Shown here piece after piece: positions 9,614 through 19,562 of a stretch of DNA of 64,000 nt. A program made the translations under genes and the position numbers. Position 1 is the stretch's first letter; every line of letters starts with the position of its first letter. The DNA comes from Sedimentisphaeraceae bacterium JB056 (lineage in GTDB: Bacteria; Planctomycetota; Phycisphaerae; Sedimentisphaerales; Sedimentisphaeraceae), in NCBI GenBank assembly GCA_044440125.1, contig JBITAJ010000002.1, forward strand, positions 29,281-93,280, read 5' to 3'. The notes below the pieces were generated by a model. That model saw only the letters and a program-made list of their open reading frames with translations. It made no database searches and had not been told where the DNA came from.

Positions 9614-10450
9614 TTATCTAAATATATCATTAAGTACTTTTGCCGTTCTCTCAGGCCTACCTGATTCGTAAGGCAGGATCTCTGCTGTAACATAGCCATC
9701 GTAACCTATCTGCTCCAACGCAGTCTTAACCTGCGAAAAATCAACATCACCATCACCAAGATCAACGAAACCCTCTGCCCCAACCTTGCCATTCTCAAAA
9801 TCCTTGATATGAACTCTTTTAATCCTTTTACCAAGAATACGGATCCAGTGTTCCGGATAGCCGGTTTGAATCACGTTGCCGATATCAAAGTAACTTCCAA
9901 CTCTCTCAGAGGCAAAACCATCGATAAAATCTCTCATTTCAAGCGGACTGAGCAGAAATTTATTCCACACATTTTCGATACATATACATACCCCGCATTC
10001 TTCTGCGGTCTCTATAAGACTGGAAACAAAATCTTTCGCTCTTTGATAACACACATCATAAGGCACAACTTCTCCATCAGGCATAAAGAATACATCAACA
10101 GCCCCCGGAACAAGCAAATATGCATCAACACCAAGCCAGTTTGCAACACGAAGGGCTGTTTTTGTAAAAGCCGTCATCTGTTCCCTGATTTTCTCATCGT
10201 TACTTGTAGGAGAAGTTTCCCAGCTCTGACCACTTGCAAGAGAAGATATTTCTATTCCCTTCTTCTTCGCGTAAGAATAAATCTCCTCGCATTCGGTCTC
10301 TGTTATTCTATCAGTCAAAACTCCTTTACTGGCTATACACAATTCAATAGAATCAAAACCAAGCATATGAGCCTTGTCAATTGCATCAAAAACTGGCAGT
10401 TTGGCCTCAAGCCCGCCTTCAAGCATCCAGTAGCTTATTCCTTTTTTCAT
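9614..10450 (-). CDS. Sugar phosphate isomerase/epimerase (TIM barrel)
   Basis: IENVWNKFLLSP, YFDIGN, VHIKDF, TAE. Confidence 0.9.
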   Translation of the reverse strand: MKKGISYWMLEGGLEAKLPVFDAIDKAHMLGFDSIELCIASKGVLTDRITETECEEIYSYAKKKGIEISSLASGQSWETSPTSNDEKIREQMTAFTKTALRVANWLGVDAYLLVPGAVDVFFMPDGEVVPYDVCYQRAKDFVSSLIETAEECGVCICIENVWNKFLLSPLEMRDFIDGFASERVGSYFDIGNVIQTGYPEHWIRILGKRIKRVHIKDFENGKVGAEGFVDLGDGDVDFSQVKTALEQIGYDGYVTAEILPYESGRPERTAKVLNDIFR

Positions 10451-10538
10451 TATATGTCCTCATATTTTATATATAATATCGAATTAACCTGTTCTATATA
10501 TACAAAGTAGCAAAAAACTTCTTGATTTCTATGGCTAA

Positions 10539-10566
10539 AAGGAACAAAATAGTAAAAATAAGGAAC
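10539..10566. promoter_or_regulatory. Candidate AraC-type binding site
   Basis: Direct repeat AAGGAAC at 10539 and 10560 (21-bp period) in the divergent region between the AraC gene and the isomerase/oxidoreductase operon. Confidence 0.35.
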
Positions 10567-10606
10567 TTAATATACTGAACACGATAACCTTAAAACGACC
10601 GAGACA

Positions 10607-11497
10607 ATGAAAAGTAAAAACAGTGTTATAAAAAAGGAATTTGCCCCTGATACAATTGGGCACGTAATAGACGCAAAATATTTCTACTTTGCTCCTGATG
10701 AAAGAAATACAAGCGAATTACAGTTATTATGCGGAGGATACGAAAGATGCGCCAATGATTTCCATATCAACAGAAACAAATTCCCTTTCTACGCAATGAT
10801 ATTTGTAGTTAAAGGAAAAGGCATCTATAAAACAAATAACGTGACATACAGCTTGCAATACGGCTCGATGATATTCATAGACAAAGGAAGCCAATATGTT
10901 CTGGAAGCAGACAAACTCAATCCTCTTGAACATTTTGTCGTCATATTTCTGGGCAATAAAGCAAAAAAACTCTATCAATTGTCAGAATTTCAGACTGTAC
11001 CGGTTAGAACTTCCGCTAACAGTCAGACAATAACCATTCTCTTTGAAGAAATCCTGAAAATTGGTTTCAGCAAGCCCCCGTTTGCAAACGAGCTATGCAG
11101 TAATTATCTAACCAATATAATACTCTCACAAGCAGACAAAAGCGAGAGCAATCAAATCCGCTCAGAATCCTACGACAGTTTTCTTGCCTGCAAAAAGTAT
11201 CTTGAAGAGAACTATGTAAAGCTTACATCATCAGCAGAATTAGCAGATGAATGCTGCTTTGATATACGATACATAGCACGCCTCTTCAAAGAATTCGCCG
11301 GCATACGCCCATATGATTATTTAATGAAACTCAAAACGGATAAAGCCGTAAACCTGCTAATAACATCAAATCTAAGCATGAAGAACATTGCATACATAAC
11401 AGGATTCACCGACCCATACCACTTCTCAAGAGTATTCAAGAAAAGATTAAATATCTCACCAAACCAATACAGAAAAAACCTGAATCTTAAAAATTAA
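10607..11497 (+). CDS. AraC-family transcriptional regulator
   Basis: N-terminal cupin-like domain; C-terminal IAYITGFTDPYHFSRVFKKRLNISPNQYR. Confidence 0.92.
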   Translation: MKSKNSVIKKEFAPDTIGHVIDAKYFYFAPDERNTSELQLLCGGYERCANDFHINRNKFPFYAMIFVVKGKGIYKTNNVTYSLQYGSMIFIDKGSQYVLEADKLNPLEHFVVIFLGNKAKKLYQLSEFQTVPVRTSANSQTITILFEEILKIGFSKPPFANELCSNYLTNIILSQADKSESNQIRSESYDSFLACKKYLEENYVKLTSSAELADECCFDIRYIARLFKEFAGIRPYDYLMKLKTDKAVNLLITSNLSMKNIAYITGFTDPYHFSRVFKKRLNISPNQYRKNLNLKN

Positions 11498-11523
11498 GAG
11501 ACGCAATAACATAAGCTATATTT

Positions 11524-13911
11524 CTAATCACCCTTTTGATACTCTACAGAGAGACTTGTTTTTAACAGAAACTCTCTGGAATCTATCTTCAAATCAACAG
11601 GCAATCCTTTTAACAAAGTAAGATTGATTTTTCTCCCATCATACGAAACTCTAATCTGGCTTTGTTTCCAGAAAAATTTATAGGTAATACTTCTCCATTG
11701 ACCATGCAAAACTGGTCTCAACTCGAGTTCAAAATCTTTGGTTATATAAAGACCTCCAAAACCAAATACCATAGCATTCCATGTACCACCCATTGCGGCA
11801 TAATGCAATCCCCACTCCGCATTAAACTGATAATCACACAAGTCAACAGCGGAGCTAGTCAATAAGTTATTATAGGCATCGGCTTTAATTCCAAGTCTTG
11901 AAGCCACAATACTACTGGTATTAGGGCTTAAACTCGACATGTGAACAGTTCTTTCTTCATAGTAATTATAATTAGATATCAACTCCTGCCTTTCTAATAA
12001 GTCAGGGAAAAGCCAAAATAGGATAATCAAATCACACTGTTTAACCGCCTGCCAATCATTAGCCGCAAAAATACCCTTAAAATTCACCTCGCCACCATAC
12101 CCATTAGGCAGCGTACCGGTCTTACGCATAACAGACATATTAATATCTGATTCTTTAATAACCTTCCTGAATGGCTTCAACTCAAACCATCCATCTTGTT
12201 GCTCGATAATCCCCTTTTCATTACACTCAGGAAGATAAAAACTTTTCATCTTATCCTCGAACTCTAAAATTTCCCCATCCGTAATGGCTATCTTCTTCTG
12301 CAGTTTTTTAATCATAACAGAATCAGTTTCAGAAAAATTTCTATACAATTTTATTGCCCAATCAACAGAGAACCAAGCAAGATAATTCGTGTAGGCATTA
12401 TTTTTAGCATGAAAATGCCACTCATCCCCTCCTACTGTATTAAGAAGCTCATATCGTTTATTCTTTTTCACCCATTCTATTCTACTACACCAATATCTAG
12501 CTATTTCAACAAGTATCTCAAGACCATAATTAAGTATAAAATCTTTATCATCAGTAGCTTTATAGTAGGACCATACACCGTAAGCAATACAGCCATTTAT
12601 GTGAATCTCTTCCCTTGTAAGCCAGGGAACTCTCAGCCGCCCCCTGAATTCGTCCCCCTGCTTACCTACCCTTAAGGGTGATAAGCCAGAATCAACATCA
12701 TAAACAGGGGAAGCATCATCGCCAGTATCTGCGGTTTGAACAGAATACCTTGCCCCTTTTGTATAATTAATAGCAGAAAATCTTCTTGCACCATCAAGTG
12801 TATGATAACGATACATCAACATATTGCGGGCAGAATCAGGGTCTTGATACACATAAAAAGGAAGCATAAAGAGATCTGTATCCCAGAACACATGCCCCCT
12901 ATACTGTTCTCCAGTCAAACCTCTGGCACCAATGCTTGTTCTCTCATCGTGCCTGGGACCAGCAGCAATGAGTTCATAAATATTAAATCTAATATTGTGC
13001 TGAAGCTCTCGATCACCCTCAATAACTATGTCAGAATTATTCCAATATTCAACCATAGCTTTTTCGTGTTCATCTTTGATTGCTTCAAAACCTATGGCCT
13101 TATATTTCTTAAGATACGACAACACTATATCGGACAAAGCATCTTCATCCTTACTCACAAAGTAAGACTGTGCAGATGAAAACCTATCAAACACGAATTC
13201 TTGAGATTCTCTTACCTCATTCGTATATGTTGCCGAAATACTATTATCCTTATCAGAGCGTTGAATTTCAGGCTTCGGATTTATATCTAAACTTGTAGCT
13301 ACACAAATCGGATATCGACTATCATGCAATTTACATTTGGTATAAAGACTATTATCCGCGTTTACATCAATTTTCTGAACATCATAATGGTTTACATAGA
13401 GATCCTTCCAGGTATCAATGGTCTCAGTATCAGCATCAAGGCTGTGGGTTATAGAGATATTACCGCTAAAGTTTTCAGGGCAGAGAATGTGCCTTTCAAT
13501 ACATATATACTTACTTACAATAGAAACAATTCTATACGACTCCCAACTAAGTATTTTACCCGAAGGTGTCTTCAACCTTGTCCGTCGAAACACAAGACCT
13601 TTCTTCATATCAAGTTTTCTGGTATGCTCTAAAACATCACAGTCATCAACTCCAAACCTTTCGTGTTCAAACACAATATCAAGTCTCAAAAAGCATGGAA
13701 GATTAACCATATCCGGTGTATATGAATCATTTTTATCAAAGACACCTCCCAAATAAGTGCCCATCATATTGCCTTCTGGCATTTCAGACAAACAACCCCT
13801 TACCCCAAACAACCCATTTGAAAGAGCAAAAAGTGGTTCAAGCTTCACCAATTGATTATTAGAAAAGTCACTTCTCTCAATAACCCAATCACAACTACTA
13901 AGTTGATACAT
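11524..13911 (-). CDS. GH65 glycoside phosphorylase/hydrolase
   Basis: LSNGLFGVRG, GARGLTGEQYRGHVFWDT, GGDEWH, NNAYTN, KQCD, HMSSLS, GLHYAAMGG. Confidence 0.93.
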   Translation of the reverse strand: MYQLSSCDWVIERSDFSNNQLVKLEPLFALSNGLFGVRGCLSEMPEGNMMGTYLGGVFDKNDSYTPDMVNLPCFLRLDIVFEHERFGVDDCDVLEHTRKLDMKKGLVFRRTRLKTPSGKILSWESYRIVSIVSKYICIERHILCPENFSGNISITHSLDADTETIDTWKDLYVNHYDVQKIDVNADNSLYTKCKLHDSRYPICVATSLDINPKPEIQRSDKDNSISATYTNEVRESQEFVFDRFSSAQSYFVSKDEDALSDIVLSYLKKYKAIGFEAIKDEHEKAMVEYWNNSDIVIEGDRELQHNIRFNIYELIAAGPRHDERTSIGARGLTGEQYRGHVFWDTDLFMLPFYVYQDPDSARNMLMYRYHTLDGARRFSAINYTKGARYSVQTADTGDDASPVYDVDSGLSPLRVGKQGDEFRGRLRVPWLTREEIHINGCIAYGVWSYYKATDDKDFILNYGLEILVEIARYWCSRIEWVKKNKRYELLNTVGGDEWHFHAKNNAYTNYLAWFSVDWAIKLYRNFSETDSVMIKKLQKKIAITDGEILEFEDKMKSFYLPECNEKGIIEQQDGWFELKPFRKVIKESDINMSVMRKTGTLPNGYGGEVNFKGIFAANDWQAVKQCDLIILFWLFPDLLERQELISNYNYYEERTVHMSSLSPNTSSIVASRLGIKADAYNNLLTSSAVDLCDYQFNAEWGLHYAAMGGTWNAMVFGFGGLYITKDFELELRPVLHGQWRSITYKFFWKQSQIRVSYDGRKINLTLLKGLPVDLKIDSREFLLKTSLSVEYQKGD

Positions 13912-14006
13912 TCAACAAACTCCCGGAACGAATGCCCCTATAATCTCTAAATCTCATATATTTCACAAAAATATCACAACTCAAAATAATCGGCTACCTG
14001 CAAAGG

Positions 14007-15554
14007 TTATTTAGTTTTAGCGGTCAAGGTCAACAGTGTTAAGTTCTGAATCTCTTCTTCCGGTAAACGCTTTGAGAATAAACACAGAAAATAACCGGCT
14101 AAAACAGTAACAATAAAACCAGAATTACCGATAATAATAAACGAAAAACGCTTATCCGATTCGATACCATAATAAAAGAGCCAACTTGACAAGAATAAAA
14201 CAACAACTGAAATTATAGCAACAGTCAGTACCTTAAAGCTATTTATACGCGTTGTTGTAACACCAAGGATAAAAATACCCAACAAGGTACCGGCCAAACC
14301 ACCCCATATACCTGAAAGTTCCATTATTGTAGTAACCGCCTGTTCAGATATCCAATTTATACCTAATGCAACAGAAATCATAAAAACTGCCCACAATACC
14401 GTAAGTTTTTTAGCTATTACGAGCTGTTGCAGCTCAGAGGCATTAGGTTTAATGAATCTCTTATAGATATCTTTAAGAACAACTGCCGAAAGACTATTAA
14501 TACCAGAATCAAGTGTTGACATTACCGCCGCAAAAAGCCCTGCCATAATCAACCCAGGAACAGGAGACGGTAACATAGTTGCTATAAAGTATGGAAATGC
14601 CTTATCACCTGTTAATCCTGATGCTTTAGCAACTTCAGCACCTGCCTGACTATAATATGCAAACAAGCCCAATCCAATAAACCAAAATACACTTATAAGC
14701 GGGAAGATAATCAGCATATTCGTATATGCCGCCCGTTTTGCCTCACTAAGGTTTTTTGTTGAAAGGAGCCGTTGGATAGTCAATTGATCTGATGCAAAAT
14801 TACTAAGTGTGGCTCCCATTGCGCCCAATATTAATAGCCACAAAGTAACACGTTTATGCGGATCTAAGGATAAGAAGTCTAAGCCGAGATTGAAACCTCT
14901 ACCGTTTTGAAATGAATAAGTTATTATTCCTGTGAAACCACCATCAACATTAGATACAAGACCTATTATCGCCGCACCAACTCCACCAATCAACACAACA
15001 AACTGCAAAACATCTGTCCAAACAACAGCTTTCATTCCCCCCATCGTTGTATAAAGCGTACCCAAAACACCGGTTAGCAGAATTGTAATCCAAACCGGCC
15101 ACCCAACAGCTGCCTCAAAAGCTTTTGCCGAAGCATATAATACTATTGCTAAATAAAATGCACGTGTAGCTAAAAACAATATGCTCGCACTTAGACGAAC
15201 TTTCGGAGAAAAACGTCTCTCAAGATACTCATAAGGAGTAAACGAACCTAAACGATAATAAAAGCCTAAAAACATAGTCAAACCCAACGGTATAAAAAGA
15301 ATACCCAACAATCCACCAATCCACAAGCCCAAACCATGCTTATATGCCTCACCAGGAATTGAGACAAACGATATTGCACTAAAAAGAGTTACAACCATTG
15401 ATATCGCAATTGCCCACCAGGGAATATTTCTCCCGCCAAGCAGATAATCCGCTGTATCATTCTCTTTCATTGAAAATATCACACCCAGAACAATTACTAT
15501 CAAAGAGTAGGCAATCATAACCACATAATCACTTGTCATAAAAACCGGAGTCAT
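14007..15554 (-). CDS. Sodium:solute symporter (SSS)
   Basis: Many TM helices; YLLGGRNIPWW, YEYLERRF, GGMKAVVWTD, DQLTIQR, AAVMSTLDSGINS. Confidence 0.93.
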   Translation of the reverse strand: MTPVFMTSDYVVMIAYSLIVIVLGVIFSMKENDTADYLLGGRNIPWWAIAISMVVTLFSAISFVSIPGEAYKHGLGLWIGGLLGILFIPLGLTMFLGFYYRLGSFTPYEYLERRFSPKVRLSASILFLATRAFYLAIVLYASAKAFEAAVGWPVWITILLTGVLGTLYTTMGGMKAVVWTDVLQFVVLIGGVGAAIIGLVSNVDGGFTGIITYSFQNGRGFNLGLDFLSLDPHKRVTLWLLILGAMGATLSNFASDQLTIQRLLSTKNLSEAKRAAYTNMLIIFPLISVFWFIGLGLFAYYSQAGAEVAKASGLTGDKAFPYFIATMLPSPVPGLIMAGLFAAVMSTLDSGINSLSAVVLKDIYKRFIKPNASELQQLVIAKKLTVLWAVFMISVALGINWISEQAVTTIMELSGIWGGLAGTLLGIFILGVTTTRINSFKVLTVAIISVVVLFLSSWLFYYGIESDKRFSFIIIGNSGFIVTVLAGYFLCLFSKRLPEEEIQNLTLLTLTAKTK

Positions 15555-15626
15555 AAATAAGAATTCCTTATTTCAAATAATGTAAATTTCAATAGATTAA
15601 AATTTGCGTTTAAATAGAACATAACT

Positions 15627-16268
15627 TCAATATAAATTATCAAAATATTCAAAAGTCAACTCCCCCACACAGGATACAAGCTGCCCTGCTTCAAAAAGAG
15701 TATCATTTGGACCAACACCAACAGTCAACATACCTGCAAGATGAGCCGCCCGAATGCCTGCCGCCGCATCTTCAACTACTACACAGTTCTCGGGGTGAAC
15801 ATTCAATCTTCCGGCCGCAAAAAGAAATACGTCTGGTCTGGGTTTACTGTTTTTAATATCGTTACCATCTACAACAACATCAAAAACATCAGAAATCCCC
15901 AATTGTTCCAGCACTACTGAAGTATTTTTACTCACAGAACCTACCGCAGTCTTAATATTATTATTCTTAAGATTACTAATCAACTCCCTGACTCCCGGGA
16001 AAACATCCTGTGGTGTTAAACTACTGATAAGTTCACAATAATACGCATTTTTTTCATCCGACATCGCATCAAGTAGTTTTGTATCTTTTTCAGATGGAAA
16101 CAACATTCTGACACAATCAGACCTGGAAACACCCTTGAATCGCTCATTAAAATCTCTATCAAAAGAAATTCCATATTTTTGCGAAAGAGACTTCCAAGCC
16201 TCATAATGCAACTCAGATGTACTAACCAAAACACCATCAAGATCAAAAATAACTGCTTCAATACTCAC
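15627..16268 (-). CDS. pgmB: Beta-phosphoglucomutase (HAD family)
   Basis: FDLDGVL, KGVSR, SVSKN, SKPRPDVF, VVEDAAAG; two genes upstream of the GH65 gene; GTG start. Confidence 0.85.
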   Translation of the reverse strand: MSIEAVIFDLDGVLVSTSELHYEAWKSLSQKYGISFDRDFNERFKGVSRSDCVRMLFPSEKDTKLLDAMSDEKNAYYCELISSLTPQDVFPGVRELISNLKNNNIKTAVGSVSKNTSVVLEQLGISDVFDVVVDGNDIKNSKPRPDVFLFAAGRLNVHPENCVVVEDAAAGIRAAHLAGMLTVGVGPNDTLFEAGQLVSCVGELTFEYFDNLY

Positions 16269-16315
16269 TATTAAAAAACCTCATTTTATAAAAAACAATA
16301 AATATCCAATTGTGT

Positions 16316-17905
16316 CTATAAAGAATCTTTTCCTGCCGACAAAACCTCTATTTCCCTAATGAAAACAATTCGCTTATCTATAGGGATGATTGGAATTTCA
16401 GGACTTCTCACACGACACCCTGTATCCCAACTTGAAATCAACTCGACGGCAACAGCTTTAATTTTTAATGGCTCAAACTTAAACTCAGACTTAAAATCTT
16501 CACGACTTTGACCATTATATTGTTCTTCTGATATAACCCCCTTTGAAAGTTTCTGCCACTCTGAATGATTCTCAGATTTATACCATAATTTATATTCACG
16601 AACAGAACACGTCCCTGAAGGATTATCTGACCATTCCAAATAACCCGAATGAACAACTATCGAGGAAACAAAATCTTCTTCTGCTAATTTTATTTCAATT
16701 AGATTTGGCATTGTCGTTTCATATACAGACTTATCATCTAAAGAACCATCTATTATTTTTTCAGTATTATTGCTATTTGCAATAATTATGGCACCAGCGC
16801 CCCACCATCCAACATTATTCTTTTTGGCTAACGGATGAATCTGATTCCAATTATTTTTCACTAATCTATAATTTGGCCAAACATTTCCTCGTGACATAAT
16901 AAGAGGCTTATTCCAACCTTCCTTTGATGCTGAACACAACGGTAAATTAGGTAAATCCAGAACTCCAGCAAATGGTTTAACCATCCATCTATCATCACAA
17001 GGTATTATTTCGCCATCAAGCATTATATTTGCTAAAAGGCCTGCAAAGCCTTTTACCGCTTTATTGTTTGCAACAATAATGATTTCATTTGAACCTTGAT
17101 TTAGAAAATCAGTAATATCATAAACCTCTCCCCTCTGCCAAGAAGAATCAAACCCCACAAATTGACGATTAACCCAAAGACAATATTCATCTTGAGCAGT
17201 TAAAGATATGAGACATTTTTTATATTTTGACTCAAGAACAAGTTCTCTTTTAAAAATCAGTTGACCGACATGTTTATAAACACCTTCAAACGATGTTACA
17301 TAATGCTTCGTTATATCTATGTATTCAGCTTCATTATACTTTTTTAGGATTTGAACATAATCCGGTAATTGCCAATTATCGAAATCAGATGAATTAAACT
17401 TACTCTCAGAAATCAAAACAATATTCACACCCGGATACATCACTAAAAGTTCATCAAGGACGGCATGACAATATTCAAAATCTTTATAAAAAACTACCAA
17501 ACTAAAAGCTTCTTTGTCAGCACAAGCCGCAGACAATGCTAATCTTGGTATATCTATCTCTGTGAAATCATAACCTGCATTAGAGTTACGATACACATCT
17601 TCAGTAAATCGTGCACTTGGATAATACAAACAACCATTCTGAGCAACAACCCAGCATATTGTTTTCAATCCAACATTCGAACATTCACCAATAATATGAC
17701 TTACCATTGGTTGTCCCCAGGAACAAGGGTATTTCTTTATCCATTCTTCAATTTTAACCAAACATGCCGGTTGCTCTTGAATCTTATTATTTTGATACCA
17801 AATCCAATTACCTTGCCAGAGTTCATTCTCATTAATGGCAGGAACTTGCCCAAAAACATTCAAGCATACCATATAAAACATTAACATTATGATTTTGAGA
17901 TTCAT
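16316..17905 (-). CDS. Secreted multi-domain protein: jelly-roll with degenerate GHL10-like insert plus C-terminal discoidin/CBM32-like domain
   Basis: Signal-like MNLKIIMLMFYMVCLNVFG from ATG 17905. TAQDEYCLWVN...YDITDFLNQGSNEI beta-sandwich; IIDG...IREIEV C-terminal pattern. Confidence 0.6.
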   Translation of the reverse strand: MNLKIIMLMFYMVCLNVFGQVPAINENELWQGNWIWYQNNKIQEQPACLVKIEEWIKKYPCSWGQPMVSHIIGECSNVGLKTICWVVAQNGCLYYPSARFTEDVYRNSNAGYDFTEIDIPRLALSAACADKEAFSLVVFYKDFEYCHAVLDELLVMYPGVNIVLISESKFNSSDFDNWQLPDYVQILKKYNEAEYIDITKHYVTSFEGVYKHVGQLIFKRELVLESKYKKCLISLTAQDEYCLWVNRQFVGFDSSWQRGEVYDITDFLNQGSNEIIIVANNKAVKGFAGLLANIMLDGEIIPCDDRWMVKPFAGVLDLPNLPLCSASKEGWNKPLIMSRGNVWPNYRLVKNNWNQIHPLAKKNNVGWWGAGAIIIANSNNTEKIIDGSLDDKSVYETTMPNLIEIKLAEEDFVSSIVVHSGYLEWSDNPSGTCSVREYKLWYKSENHSEWQKLSKGVISEEQYNGQSREDFKSEFKFEPLKIKAVAVELISSWDTGCRVRSPEIPIIPIDKRIVFIREIEVLSAGKDSL

Positions 17906-17942
17906 AATCTTTCCGAATATCAATTGTAAAAAAGACAAAATT

Positions 17943-19496
17943 TCACTCCCTTTCATCTTTTGGTATAAAAGGTGCAGCTCCTGGTTTACCCATTAGAGTC
18001 GATGAGACTCTTTTATTGTCCTGTAATACTGCTTGCCAACTTGCATCTGTAACAACTGTAGTAGACAAACCGTTTTCATCAATTAAATAAACTACTGCTG
18101 ACAATCCACAACTACCTCCAAATGGACCCTGAGTTGCAAATGCAATAACAGTATCCTTATCTTTATCAATCTTAAATGAACCTAAAAAACTTTCTCTACC
18201 AATATCACCATGAGCAACTATATTTCCATTAATACTTAAGTCCCACTTGCAACGACCCAAAACTTTGAATGACATTGAAACAATTGACTTACTCTCAATA
18301 AGAGTTTTACTGATTGTCTTGACTAATCTTACATTTTTTTCCAACCCTAATTTAGCCGGTACCCAAAACATGTTTCGATAATTCAATGGTGTAGATTCAA
18401 ACCAGCAAATATCAGATCCTTGCATTTTAGCATTCTCTACCGCTTCCATTAACCTTGCACCATCACCATAATAAGAATAAGCAATAAATGTTTTGGAAAT
18501 TGAGTTCGATTCTATATTTGAAAATGCTGATTCAGGATTACCTATCCAACCATATTGAGTCTCTTTTGGTTCTTTGGAATAATTACCCATAGCAATAGTA
18601 TCACATTTATCAAGCCATTGATTCAAGTTAACATGAGACGTATGCTCCTGGCCTTCGACCCCCATGAACACTAACTCAAATGGTCGTTCAATAGAGTTTT
18701 TTAATTGTGCGATATTGTTAACAAACGTCCCAACAAATGAAGATCTAAAATCCATCCACTTTACATCTTTTTCTGAAATCCCAAAAGCGTTAAGACCTGT
18801 TTCATCCTCAAAAGTTGCCATTATTTCAGGAATATATCCCCAATTTTCACTCCGTTTAGGAGCTCCTAAACGCTCAAAATCCAAGACAAGTCCATCAAAA
18901 TTCCATCTCGTTAAAAGCTCTCGAACAATCTCGGTTTTATAGTTCCTATATTCCTCAAAGAAAAAACTCGGAATACCGACTTCATTACCCAATTTGTTTA
19001 TATCAGAATACTCCGGATGTATATCCATGTATTTAGACCTTACGCTATCAGCCCAACCATGTGTTTCTTCAAATGGAGTGAACCATGCATATATTTCCAT
19101 ACCTAATTCATGGGCGTAATCAATAGCAAACGATAGAGAATCCCAATCTTCATACGACATGCCTCTATAGGGACAGTTAAAATATGTTGCTTCAGGGATT
19201 TCAGTTGGATAGTTAGCCAATCCACCAGAATGAGTTCTCCACCACAAAGTCCTTATCCCGGCAGCCGCACATTTATTAATTATATATCTCACCCCGGGCT
19301 TACCCCAAGCTCCCCTTTGCCATATAAACCAATCGGTATGACTCACTGCCGCTGATTGATGTGGCGTATCGGATTTCAACGCCCAAATCATATAACAATT
19401 TTCAGGCCAATCCTTTTTGGACAAATCAGACTGAACACTTGCAAATGAAGTTAGAGTTAATATTATGATATTTACAAGGAGTATATTTTTCATCAT
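17943..19496 (-). CDS. Secreted GHL10 (DUF187)-like glycoside hydrolase
   Basis: Signal peptide; AIDYAHELGMEIYAW, HPEY, ELLTRWNFDGLVLDFER, F.DETG. Confidence 0.75.
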   Translation of the reverse strand: MMKNILLVNIIILTLTSFASVQSDLSKKDWPENCYMIWALKSDTPHQSAAVSHTDWFIWQRGAWGKPGVRYIINKCAAAGIRTLWWRTHSGGLANYPTEIPEATYFNCPYRGMSYEDWDSLSFAIDYAHELGMEIYAWFTPFEETHGWADSVRSKYMDIHPEYSDINKLGNEVGIPSFFFEEYRNYKTEIVRELLTRWNFDGLVLDFERLGAPKRSENWGYIPEIMATFEDETGLNAFGISEKDVKWMDFRSSFVGTFVNNIAQLKNSIERPFELVFMGVEGQEHTSHVNLNQWLDKCDTIAMGNYSKEPKETQYGWIGNPESAFSNIESNSISKTFIAYSYYGDGARLMEAVENAKMQGSDICWFESTPLNYRNMFWVPAKLGLEKNVRLVKTISKTLIESKSIVSMSFKVLGRCKWDLSINGNIVAHGDIGRESFLGSFKIDKDKDTVIAFATQGPFGGSCGLSAVVYLIDENGLSTTVVTDASWQAVLQDNKRVSSTLMGKPGAAPFIPKDERE

Positions 19497-19562
19497 GCCT
19501 CAAAACTTTTAATTCAAGCAAATATGTTTTTCTGAAAAATTAATCTATCCAAACTCAAAATT

